Assembly (NCBI RefSeq): GCF_009914755.1
Contig: NC_060929.1
Direction: 5' to 3' (one strand)
Length of the DNA: 64,000 bases
Source of the DNA: the human T2T-CHM13v2.0 reference genome, Homo sapiens
Positions within the stretch are counted from its first letter, which is position 1. Each line of letters begins with the position of its first letter. The notes below the pieces were generated by a model. The model did not search any database and had not been told where the DNA came from. It saw only the letters and a program-made list of their open reading frames with translations. Positions 27,040 to 37,539 of this stretch are shown in pieces. The translations under genes were made by a program, and so were the position numbers.

Positions 27040-27195
27040 CAGTGTTCCTCAAACTTTATCATGCTTCTGAATCACAAAAAATCTTGTTAAAATGAAGACG
27101 CTGGTCTTGAGCAGGGCTGAGAACCTGCATTTCTAACAAGCTCCCAGGTTATGTCAATGGTGCTGATCCGTGGACCAGTCTTGTAACAAATTCTA
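27040..27195. mobile_element. MER5A (hAT-Charlie MITE)
   Basis: cagtgttcctcaaacttt...ctgcatttctaacaagctcccagg..tgctgatccgtggacca. Confidence 0.8.
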
Positions 27196-29719
27196 GTGAC
27201 TTGAAAATTAGCATGAAGAATGTTAGAATTGGGCTCCCTCTCTGGTGAAATTAACAGTGTTTGAGACATTTGGAATAACTAAATATTTTAGAAACAGTCT
27301 CCACCTTTGTCTTCATAAGAAACCACTGAGACCTATACCCTGAGTTCCTTAGGGAAAGCACTGACTTTAGTCACTAATGAGTTGGTGTCCAGCCAATAGT
27401 TTAGGACGGCACAAGAGCCAACCTCTGAATGTCACCATGTGTGCTTCGGGTGAATATTTCTTCTGTGTTGTTAAAGAACCTCCAATGATAGTTCACTTGA
27501 ACTTCGTCAGACTTACAGACTCATTTGGTGCCTGCTCCTCTAATAAATGTCCATATGTATAATAGACCATTATCTGAAATATGCTGTCATTACAACCTGG
27601 GCTTGCAGTTATGGGGAGTGGCTAATCCTCAACGACTCACTCTTTGATTGCTCCTGTTTTCAACTAAAACCTGAAGAGTTGTTGGCTAAGTTTGGTCAGT
27701 TAACAATATCATATCTGTAAAATCAAGGTAAAAATGCTCACCCTGCCTACTTTACACAACAAATTGAGATGAGATGTGCTTTGAAAACTTGAAATATAAT
27801 GAAAGTACTAGCTGTAATTAAAAGAACGTAGATGCTTTTCCTACAGTATCTAGTTAAGATAAAAGTTTCTGAATTTGTGATTATAAGAATAGTCTAAGGT
27901 TCCCATTAAAAAATACATACTCTTGGGTCTTATCATTGGAAATTTTGGTTTAGTAGTCTGGGGGAACTATATATGTACGTACAATATATGTAATAAGCAC
28001 CCCTAAATGATCCTTGTAATTGTGTCACCTGCATTTTACAGATATGATGTTGTTAACCGATCTAACTCCACCAACAACTCCTCGGGTTTTGACCAAAAAC
28101 AGGCGCACTCAAAGAGTGAATGAAATAGTGAGAAGTTAAGAAATTCTGCATTGAACAATGGAATTTAGTGCACACAAGAGAACTCTACCTCCCATCACCA
28201 GTTTAATTATGCCAGATAGTACGTCTATACCATTACCATTACTACAAATGACTCATGGCAAATCCTTCCCACTCACTTAGCTCCTTTCCTCCTGAGAGTT
28301 TGTATAAAACATTAGAGACTACGTTGACAGTATGCATAATACAACCTACAAAAATATGTGAGAAGATAAAATTTGAGACTTCCAATATAATAACTTTTTT
28401 TCTTAATCATTTTATAATCAAGAAATTGCCCTTGCCTGGAAGTTATATCATTTGAACTTTTATCCCCAAGATCTTCAAAAAACAATGAGTCACTTAAAGA
28501 TGTCATCTGGTAACTATTTCATTCTAAAGCTGTGCTATATTATGTTCCTTAAAGGTGTGGCCACCAGAAGAACATTACTTTATGATGAATAAATATCCTC
28601 TGTTACACTTATGTTTATGTAAAGTATCTATGACTAAAACAAACTTACAAGGTCATCTATGTACCAAATTATAACTGCCACCTAAAGACTCACAGGTGGA
28701 GAGTACACATGGATTACTTAAGTAAATTTCTTACCTGAGAGTCACAACTGGCTGGATGAATCCTCTTTTACCTCCTTCAGAGAAACAGACCTATGACTCT
28801 AACTAGACAAAATTTCAGACTGAATCTCTTAGAGAATGCAATCAAGTCTATTGATTCAATTATAAAGTGCTACTTTGGTTACAGGGTGACAAACTTCCAG
28901 ATATTATTATCCCTAAAGGTTATATAGGCTGAAAATCTCAGTCGATTTAAGATAAATCTGGGCTGAAAGATCATAAATGGGGAAATGTAGGACATTCCAG
29001 ATACAGCCTTTACTTGAAGGTTGACAGAAGGAGGATAAACAGATGCCTGCAGGATGATCCATGGTGACACTGTCACAGGTAAACTGAAGAGACTGTGTCC
29101 AAGTCAATCAGTATGTGTGGAGGATTTGTTGCTATTTGTTCTTCTCATTTTTCCAATGTGATCGAAGTTCCTTAGGTTTAGCCCAATAAACATCTCCCTC
29201 ACTACTAGTGACCACAGCAAAAAAAAAAAAAAAATGTGTGTAACAAAATATGCACTATAGAGGATCAAACTGTTTTACAAAATCTTCAAAAACCTAAATG
29301 TTTTCTTAGCAAATGATGGCATGTCCTTCAAACACTAGAACACTATATTGTTTATTTTGCTTTCAGGCTGATTATAAGGTAAATTCAACTCAGAGAGACT
29401 TGATCTTCTTCCTAATTTACCTGCTTCAACAAGAAACCATGAGTGTTCATTATCAACCATATTTTGAAAATTGAATAATAAATAATGGTAACTACTTTAT
29501 TAATAAAACAAATATGTTTTTAATTAAGTGACTGTGGCTGCCAGGCTCCAGAAAGTTAAAATGCCATCAATAGATAGGCAGTGAAATTCTGAAAGCAGTT
29601 AAATTGCAGAGTACTTGAGAACTGGTAATTTTAGATGAAAGACAGCTAAGACACAAATTTAAAAGCCTATCCATTGTTCCTTTTTTAAAATGATATGAAG
29701 AGATATTGTACATCACAAC

Positions 29720-30086
29720 TGCTATGGACTGAATATTTGTGTCCTCCCAAAATTCATATTAAAGCCTATATCCCCAATGTGATGGTATTGGGAGGTTGGA
29801 CTTTTGGGAACTTACTAGGTCATGATGGTGGAACCATCCCCTAATCTCATTCATCCTCCACCATGAATGAGATTAGTGCCTCTATAATAAGAGGCAAACA
29901 AGAGATCATCTCTCTCTGCCATGTTAAGATATAACAAAAAAACAGCTGTCTGCAAACTAGGAAGAGTGCACTCACCAGATACCAGATCTACCAGTGCTCT
30001 GATCTTAGACTTCCCAGCCTTCAAATTGCATAGTATTTTGTTTAGTCTATGGTATTTTGTTGTAGCAGCCTGAGCTGATTAAGACA
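29720..30086 (+). mobile_element. MLT1A-type MaLR solo LTR
   Basis: tgctatggactgaatatttgtgtcctcccaaaattcata...atggtattttgttgtagcagcctgagctgattaagaca. Confidence 0.9.
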
Positions 30087-30204
30087 ATTTTCTTCATAGA
30101 TCATTTTCTTGGGAATGGTGGTAAGATGCTCATAAATGCTTAAAACTACACATAACAATCACACAGCTAGAAGAGATCCCAGAAAATCTTTCAAAGAAAA
30201 TTCA

Positions 30205-30390
30205 GAACCAAAGTTCTGGCTCTCACTTTATCTCCAGCCTTAAATGAGCTGGAGAGTCAGTTATGTAACTAAATGTCTCATGCCTCAGATTCCTCATGCA
30301 TTCATTGGGAAGAATGCCTGTGCAATGTGTCTTTAGGGTTACCATAGAGATGAATGAGGTAATGTATAGAAGAAGCACAATCCCAAATAA
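30205..30390 (+). mobile_element. MIR
   Basis: agttctggctctcactt...tgcctcagattcctcat...agatgaatgaggtaatgtatagaa. Confidence 0.55.
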
Positions 30391-30517
30391 TATTTCCCTT
30401 ACCATAACTTTTCTGCTAAATAACATCTAAAATTTTAGCCCTTGTTTAATTTAGCCTCATATTTCTCGTCTCTTGCCCTTTGTAACTACTGTGCCAAACT
30501 TTCCACTTTATGATATA

Positions 30518-30714
30518 CAGTAAGTCCACTTAATGCTGTCGATAGGTTCTTGGAAACTGTGACTTAAAGTGAAATGACATACAACAGGTCTTTGAATAAT
30601 ATCATTTCTTTCAACATCCTTGATAAGAATAAAACATTGGTTTCATTCTATGTTGTTTTGTTTCAAGTCACAGTTTCCAAGAACCTATCAACAACATTAA
30701 GTGAGGACTTACTG
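30518..30714. mobile_element. MER6B/C-like Tigger MITE with long TIRs
   Basis: TA|cagtaagtcc..acttaatg..gataggttcttggaaactgtgactt ... aagtcacagtttccaagaacctatc..cattaagtgaggacttactg|TA. Confidence 0.88.
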
Positions 30715-32619
30715 TATAGGGTTTCCTTTATTTTCATTTTCTATTTTGCCAACATAACCACCAGCCTTTGCTTTAGTACAGTACCTACTCTTGAAGCTAC
30801 CCCATCAGTGTTCACTGATTAAATATGAGGAGAAGGGAGAGGTAGGCTGCTGCTCAGGGACTTTTCACACTAAGACAAGAAACCAGAGCAAAGGTGATTC
30901 CCCCTTGCGTGGCTAAACTATGGTTGCTGAAGCAAAAGGCATTGGAGCAGAAATATTTCCCTTCTAATCACTAGTAATGCCTCAGGCAATAATGGATGCT
31001 TCATAAGCAAAGGAATTCCCACTAAACCATCAGGAAGTCTAGTGTAATAGCCTATTTCCAACCTGCCAGATTCATTGAGTGAATTGGAGCAAATCTCATC
31101 TATACTTCTCACTTTCTGATATAATTTTATAGAGACTAAATAGTAATGTTCACCATAATGTTGGATGAGCCTCACTTGTGAAGCATTCACTCAGTATATA
31201 CCTGGCATAATCTCCTCAGATTGGTACTTTTTCAGATTTAAGAGGGAAATAGCTTGAAATTGAGAACTAATAGCAAATTACATGCCCTTAAGATGATACA
31301 CCCTTCAATGACAAAACACTGTAGCACACCTCCAGGTCTGAAGTTAACAAAGAGGGCTGTCACTTCATTCAGCTGAATCCCTCCTGCCCTCCCCCTGCAT
31401 ACACCCCAGGCAACCTTTGCCCCACTACAATCTAGCTCATTAATTTGGTCAATGCAATTGTTTCTCATTTAAATCTTCCTGTAAAACATAGAATAGTCAC
31501 TTCACTATTACATTGTCCCCAATTTTTTCAAAAGCTTGCCGTGAAGGGAAGGAAGCTAAGTAAGAAAAAGGTCAATGAAGCCAGTTGCAAAGAAGATTAT
31601 GAAATGTTGCTCATTTCTGCTTTTTTTTTTCTTTTGAACCTCTGAATTACTTCATCTTTCCATCTGTCTACAAAGTTGTGGGTGCACATTAAGATATACA
31701 GACAGAATTCACAAACCCTTTGGTAAATTCACTCTTAGCACTAAATATCAACGGAGGAGAAAAAAAAAAACGTACTATGTTTCCCAAAAGAAGTATGGGG
31801 AGACTATTTTCTATGATTAAAAGCATAAGAAAAAAAATAAAACTGATCCAAGAGCCCAGAGACTATTTTTATATGTGAAAAATATATACTTTAGTCAGGA
31901 TTTGTAACTTCAGTAACTCCCTTTGGAAACCAAATTTCCACCCTCTCACAGTGTTTGGTTATTTAGGACTGAGTCAATTTGAGCATGATGAGTTTGGAAT
32001 GCCAGCTGGCTGCAGAAGTGTGAAGAAACCTGTGTGGTCACCAACACTTTAAACATCACTCACAGTTCTGAAGTAGGGCTATCCCAGGAGCACTTCCTGG
32101 ATGCTGGTGATCCACAAACACCAGACTATTTCCACTCCTCAAAAGGAAAAAGAATGGGGCCCTACCTTGCCAGGAAGAGGAATCTGGCAAGCAGGCTGAG
32201 AACAAGCACCACACAAGGCAATTTTTGCCAAGTGAGTCACCCATACCCCCTGGGTACAGGTGAAGCTCAAGGAAAGGACCATTCAAACTTCCAGCCTGCA
32301 GGAGCTGCAAAATCAGCTCCTGAACTCCAGTATTCAACTCATCTAGAAACACATTTTTATTCAAATCTTTAAAGCCAAAGAAGGTATCTAACCATTGTCC
32401 CAGCCTTCTCTTCTTTTATAGTATCACTAATTCCATAGTTATGTAAGTGCCTTTTATGTGAATGCACTGTACTAGACCCTTGATAGAGAATGGTTAGCAG
32501 AAAAATTAAAAAAGCAACCAAGATTCTACATTCTTGATTCTCATGGGAAAAATAGAGAAGAACTGAGAAAAGTCCTAAGAAGAAAACACTAAGATAGACA
32601 CTAACAGGGAAAGTTTTAC

Positions 32620-32810
32620 TCAAGGTGGTCTTATGTTCTAATTTTAATGTGATCACTTGGGGATCCTGTTTTAAAAAAAAAAAAGAAACATAGATTCCAG
32701 TACTAAATGCAGATTTGATATGTCTTGGGGAGAGTCTGGGACTATGCATTTTTTACAGGCTCCCAGCTGCTGCTGCTGTTGCTGCTCCACAAACCACATT
32801 TTTTAATAAC
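32620..32810. mobile_element. MER5A/B
   Basis: atcacttggggatcctgttttaaaa..tagattcc...tgcattttttacaggctcccagctg. Confidence 0.7.
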
Positions 32811-32842
32811 AAGCCTCTAGGGTTTCTCTACATCTGTGGTTG

Positions 32843-33368
32843 TAGTTCTCTAAGTGTGGTCACCAGACCAGCAGCTACAGTGTTACTGGGAAACTTCTTA
32901 GAAATGCAAATTCTCAAGCCTCACCCCAGACCTACCGAATCAAAAGCTGGAGAGGGGGACAGGGCGGCAAGGATGCCAACACTCTATATTTTAACAAACT
33001 CTCAAGGTGATTATGACGCCTGCTAAACCCCATTCATCCAATACTAGTCATGAGCCACATGTGGCAATTGAGCACTCAAAATGTGGCTAGTTTGAATTGA
33101 AATATGCTGTTAGGATAAATTATATGCTAGATTTCAAGGACTTGAAAAAAGAATATAAAAATCCCTTATTAATATTTTTTATATTAAGTGCATGTGGAAA
33201 TACTATCTTGGATATAGGAATTAAATTATATTATTAAGATTAGTTTCACCTGTTTCATTTTGCTTATTTTAATGTGGCTACTAAAAATTTTTTAATTACA
33301 TATGCTTGTAATGGTTAGCATTATGTTTCTACTGGGCAATGTTGCACTAACCTTTGAGAATTATTGCT
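32843..33368. mobile_element. MER5A split by a nested MER33
   Basis: tagttctctaagtgtggtc..cagaccagcagc...gaaatgcaaattctcaagcctcaccccagacctac...gcctgctaaa, resuming as ctttgagaattattg after 33350. Confidence 0.75.
33028..33343. mobile_element. MER33 (hAT-Charlie)
   Basis: tccaatactagtcatgagccacatgtggcaattgagcactcaaaatgtggctagt...tttaatgtggctactaaaaattt...tttctactgggcaatgttg. Confidence 0.8.
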
Positions 33369-33374
33369 ATAGAG

Positions 33375-33580
33375 CAATGGTTTTCAAGTGAGGCAATTTT
33401 GCCCCCTAGCAGACATTTGGCAATATTCGAAGACATTTTTGATTTTTACAGATGGGGTCAGGGGTTCTGTAAGTAAAGGCCAAGATGCTGCTAAACATCC
33501 TATAATGCACAGGACTGCTTGCTACAACAAAAGACTCTCCAGTCCAAAGTGTCAATAGTGTGGAAGTTAAGAAATCTGTT
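33375..33580. mobile_element. MER20 (hAT-Charlie)
   Basis: caattttgccccctagcagacatttggcaat...gatgctgctaaacatcctataatgcacaggac...gtcaatagtg. Confidence 0.88.
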
Positions 33581-33584
33581 CTAT

Positions 33585-33770
33585 TACACTGATTCTGCTC
33601 ATTAGAAACACTTTAGGAGAGTTAAAAATACTGATGTTCTTGGTTTATCCCCAGATTAATTAAATTGGAATCTCTGGTACAGAAGCCGTGGCATCGGTTG
33701 TTCATTTTGTTTTGTTTTAAGTTCCCTGTGGATTATAAGGTGCTGCCAGGGTCAAGAACCTCTTTTTCTA
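33585..33770. mobile_element. MER5B-like
   Basis: ctgctcattagaaacac...cccagattaattaaattggaatctctgg...gctgccagggtcaagaacc. Confidence 0.65.
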
Positions 33771-34284
33771 GTGGAATGGACAGAGGCCCCTCATTCATTC
33801 GTCTCTGTACTGCCAACACTCATCACCTCCAGACCTGGGAACTGGCATTTCCAACAAGTGTCCAGTGATGCTGAAGCTGCTGCTCTGGTTTCCTCTGGAG
33901 AATTTTACGTCCCGTTCCACATAATGCTACACACTTCAACTCTCCAGATGGCCCAGGGAGCCTCATCAGACCTGGGCAGTTGTTCCCCACTCAGAAGACA
34001 GTCCCACCACCAACGATTCCCCTTCCAGACTCAATCAAAATGACTTCCCATTCAGCTGAGGTAGAAGCAGCTCTTTTATCAAGGGCATGGGGGCATGGTT
34101 AAAGGAGACATAAACTAAGTCCTTTCTGTTTGCACTCCAAGCAGGAAACAAATTTTTCTGTTACTGGGTCATCTTAGGGAAACCTGTTTCATTCAACTAT
34201 TTAATTTTTACCAATATATAACTTAAATCACTTTAAAATAAATTTGTACAGATTACAAAATGACATAGATTAAAACAACTTCTC

Positions 34285-34584
34285 AGCCAGGTGCGGTGGT
34301 TCACACCTGTAATCCCAGCACTTTGGGAGGCTGAGGCAGGCAGATCACGAGATCAGGAGTTCGAGACCAGCCTGGCCAACATGATGAAACCCCGTCTCTA
34401 CTAAAAATACAAAAATTAGCTGGGCATGGTGGTGGGCGCCTGTAAGCCCAGCTACTCAGGAGGCTGAGGCAGGAGAATCATTTGAACCTGTGAGGCAGAG
34501 TTTGCAGTGAGATGGCGCCATTGCACTCCAGCCTGGGCAACAGGGCTAGACTCCATCTCAAAAAAAAAAAAAAAAAAAAAAAAA
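34285..34584 (+). mobile_element. AluSg-like, full length
   Basis: gccaggtgcggtgg...gatcacgagatcaggagttcgagacc...~25-nt A tail; partial TSD ..ttctc. Confidence 0.96.
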
Positions 34585-34724
34585 GTTCTCCCTAAAACTA
34601 ATCCCCTAAGAAAGTAGGAACTAGAGAAATTTGAACTTTAAATATTTTATGGTCCTTCCTCCTTCATAATTAACTTTTGAAAAAATATATATATACATAA
34701 ATCTAAAATCGTTGGCCCTACATG

Positions 34725-34772
34725 ATCTCTCTCTCACACACATGCGTGTGCGCACACACGCACACACACACT
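34725..34772. repeat. (CT)/(CA)/(GC) compound microsatellite
   Basis: tctctctctcacacacatgcgtgtgcgcacacacgcacacacacac. Confidence 0.8.
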
Positions 34773-34779
34773 CTATTAT

Positions 34780-35150
34780 CTTCATGAACACATCACCTAC
34801 TTTGCTCCAGTCCAGCTGACAGCCTTAGGCCCTTCGCACTAAGTGTCTTTCCCCAACATCATCTGAATGCATAACTTCCCCACTCTTGTCTCCCCTGGTC
34901 TTTGCCCAGATGTTATCTGCTCCCTCCCATCTGGGTTCCTCTTTCTCAACCTTCTTCTCTCTGCCTGATTGGTTTTTTCATAGTACTTATTATATTTTTA
35001 AAGTACCACCTAATTTACTTATTCTGTTTATTGTTTACTGTCTTTCTCCCATGCTGGAATCCTCGCAATCTTTTTGTTCATTTACATTTCTCAAATGTCT
35101 AACAGGACACCTGGCACTCAGTAGGTCTGTAATAAAAAATTTCTGATTGA
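34780..35150 (+). mobile_element. L2 3' fragment
   Basis: ggcccttcgcact...gtttattgtttactgtctttctccc...cctggcactcagtaggtc..aataaa. Confidence 0.65.
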
Positions 35151-35329
35151 ATAGGTGTTTCTAAAAATCTAAAAATCTTTCCTTTTTCTCACAACTTTAT
35201 TGCATTTGTTAAATAAATTCTTTGCAAAATTGTTTTTGAAGTTCTTTTAAAGTATCTTTGCTATACACTAAGCAAGTGATTAGAATGCCTATTTGACAGC
35301 CATAGCCAAATACACTGAGAATTCAAGCA

Positions 35330-35560
35330 GCTTCTAGAACTCAAATGATGTCACAGTAGCTGCATTGTGGTGAGTAAGGGGAAATTACTATAGTGAAGGT
35401 CAAAGAAATACACAGAGGCCAGGCTGCTGAGGGTCTTGTGAGCCAGGGCAAGGAGTCTGAATTATGTTTTCAGGTAATCAGGAAGCTACTGGAGGTTTTA
35501 GGCAGGAGGTAGACGAAGACACTGAGCATCATAGAATATGGTTGATAAGGCCCACTGGAT
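35330..35560 (-). mobile_element. L2 fragment
   Basis: gagggtcttgtgagccagggcaaggagtctgaattat..ggaagctactggaggttttaggcagg. Confidence 0.6.
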
Positions 35561-35727
35561 TGCTCTGAGGGTGGCATTGTCCATTTTTTTTTTATTCAAT
35601 GTCCCTCATCTTCTGATGATGCATAATTTAGCAAGCTTGGTTGTGCTGGATAGTAGAGCACTAGCTAGAAGTGTAGGGTCAAACCAACTTTGGGGTGCTG
35701 AATTTCACCCCTGGATCCTCACTAACT

Positions 35728-35860
35728 AAAGTGTGGTCTGTGGGTTCATAAAACATGCAGAATCCCAGGCCCCATGCTGGACCTACCAAACTGGAATTTG
35801 CATTTTAACAAGATCTCCAGGTGATTTGGAGGCACGCTAAAGATGAAGCGGCACTGTCTT
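35728..35860. mobile_element. MER5A1-like
   Basis: aaagtgtggtc...atgcagaatcccaggcccc..gacctac..ttgcattttaacaagatctccaggtgatt. Confidence 0.75.
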
Positions 35861-36279
35861 AAGGCATAGAATATTGATTGAGCCCCTCACTTCTAGCTAT
35901 GTAAGGACAATACTGGGGAGGGTTGGATGAGAGAATTCTTTCTTTCCAGAGTCTGGGCTACATGTTGACCCGCTCCCTATGGCAGTGACTTCTATCCTTG
36001 GCTAAGAGCATAAAAGTGTCCACGGATCAGAAAGCTTGAGAACTACTAAATTAGATCAAAGTAAAATAAAGCCTCTTGCGGGAAACAAGAAACTTTTTGA
36101 GTAGGCTTTTGGGTAAGCAGGATGGAATGTACTGACGAGAAGAAAGAAATGACAAGAAGAAAGAAGAGTCAACCTGCTTCTAAAACAAATAAACACACCA
36201 TGAGAAGGAATGTCAGGGTCTAAATTTGGATCTCAATGTCCTCTTCATTGTGACGTTTTCTTTGTCATACATAACTGAC

Positions 36280-36702
36280 TTGCTAAAACCAGGCACTCTC
36301 CCCCACTTAGGGCCCTGCTGTTCTCTCTGCCCCAAATGCTCTTCTACCAGGTAGCCATATAATTAATTCCCTTTCCTCCTTCAAGATTTTTATCAAGATT
36401 TACCATCCCAATGATGCCCACCTGAACACTCAACTGAAAATTATAATCCACCTCACTGCATTCACCACATTCCCAACTCCCTTCACCTAGCTTTGCTTTT
36501 CTTTTTCCATATTACTCACAACATGCTAAACTTCCATATAACTTATTTATTTATTATGTCTACTGATACTGTACTCTCTCCTGGCTAAAATAGAAGCTCC
36601 ATGAGGAAAGGCTTTTTATTTGTTCTCTGATCTATCCCAAGCATCTACTCCAGAGCAATGCCTGATACATTGTACATCCACAATAAATATTTTTTAATTG
36701 AA
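36280..36702 (+). mobile_element. L2a 3' end
   Basis: ccaggcactctccccacttagggcc...aagctccatgaggaaagg...caataaatattttttaattgaa. Confidence 0.75.
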
Positions 36703-36721
36703 GAAGAGAGTTTTGCAGATA

Positions 36722-36975
36722 GAGGCAGTGGAGCTTAAGAGATCAAAGTCGGCTGTTAGACTCAGGCCGAACCTGAATTTGAATTCTGGTTCAGGCAATT
36801 ATCAGGCTCATGATCTTTGGCAAGTTATTAAGCTCTCTAGACCTCAATTTCCTCACATGTAAAAATCTGCTTCACAGTGTTGTGGTAAGAATAAATAAGA
36901 TAATATCTGAACACCGCATATCACCTGGCACTTAGTAATTGGTCATACACTATGGTTGTCACATCATTATTAGCT
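36722..36975 (+). mobile_element. MIR
   Basis: tttgaattctggttc..tttggcaagttattaagctctctagacctcaatttcctcacatgtaaaa..gtaagaataaataagataata. Confidence 0.8.
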
Positions 36976-37074
36976 ACTTTATCTTTTATGCTCCCAGGAG
37001 TTTGTGTCCAACTGCTTCCTGATTGGATTAAAGGCAACAGGCAGCCCCAGGTTCTCTTTGGCTACATAAAGACT

Positions 37075-37539
37075 AGCTCAATTTTCCACTGCTCAAGAAG
37101 ATAATATTGTTCCAAACTCAAGGATATGAATAAAACACATTTACCTCACAGCATGTCTGTGCCAAAAACATTGTGAGAGGTCATTTAGTTGAAACTTTAT
37201 ATTACTTTAACAGGTGAGGAAGGCCTGAGGCCGAGAGATTTTCTAAAAGTCACATCGCTTGTTAGTGTAGAGTAGAACCTGAAATCCAGGCTTTTAGATT
37301 CCCAGGCCAGCTCAATTTTCCATTACTCAAGAAGAAAATATTGTCCCAAACTCAGGGATATGAATAAAACACATTTACTTCACAGCACGTCTGTGCTAAA
37401 AGCATTGTGAGAGGTCATGTAGTTGAAACTTTATATTACTTTAACAGGTAAGGAAGGACTGAGGCAAAGAGATTAAAAGTCCCACCACTTGTTAGTGTAG
37501 AGTAGAACCTGAAATCCAGGCTTTTAGATTCCCAGGCCA
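37075..37539 (+). repeat. Two-copy tandem duplication, period 234 bp
   Basis: 37075-37308 vs 37309-37539; both start agctcaattttcca and end ttagattcccaggcc; each contains an antisense MIR fragment. Confidence 0.97.

Noticed and set aside
28735-28802. Minus-strand exon ending at CAG|gtaaga
   Set aside because: Good donor but only a weak acceptor; such motifs are frequent by chance
37075-37539. CRISPR-like or satellite array
   Set aside because: Only two long adjacent units with no spacers, in eukaryotic context
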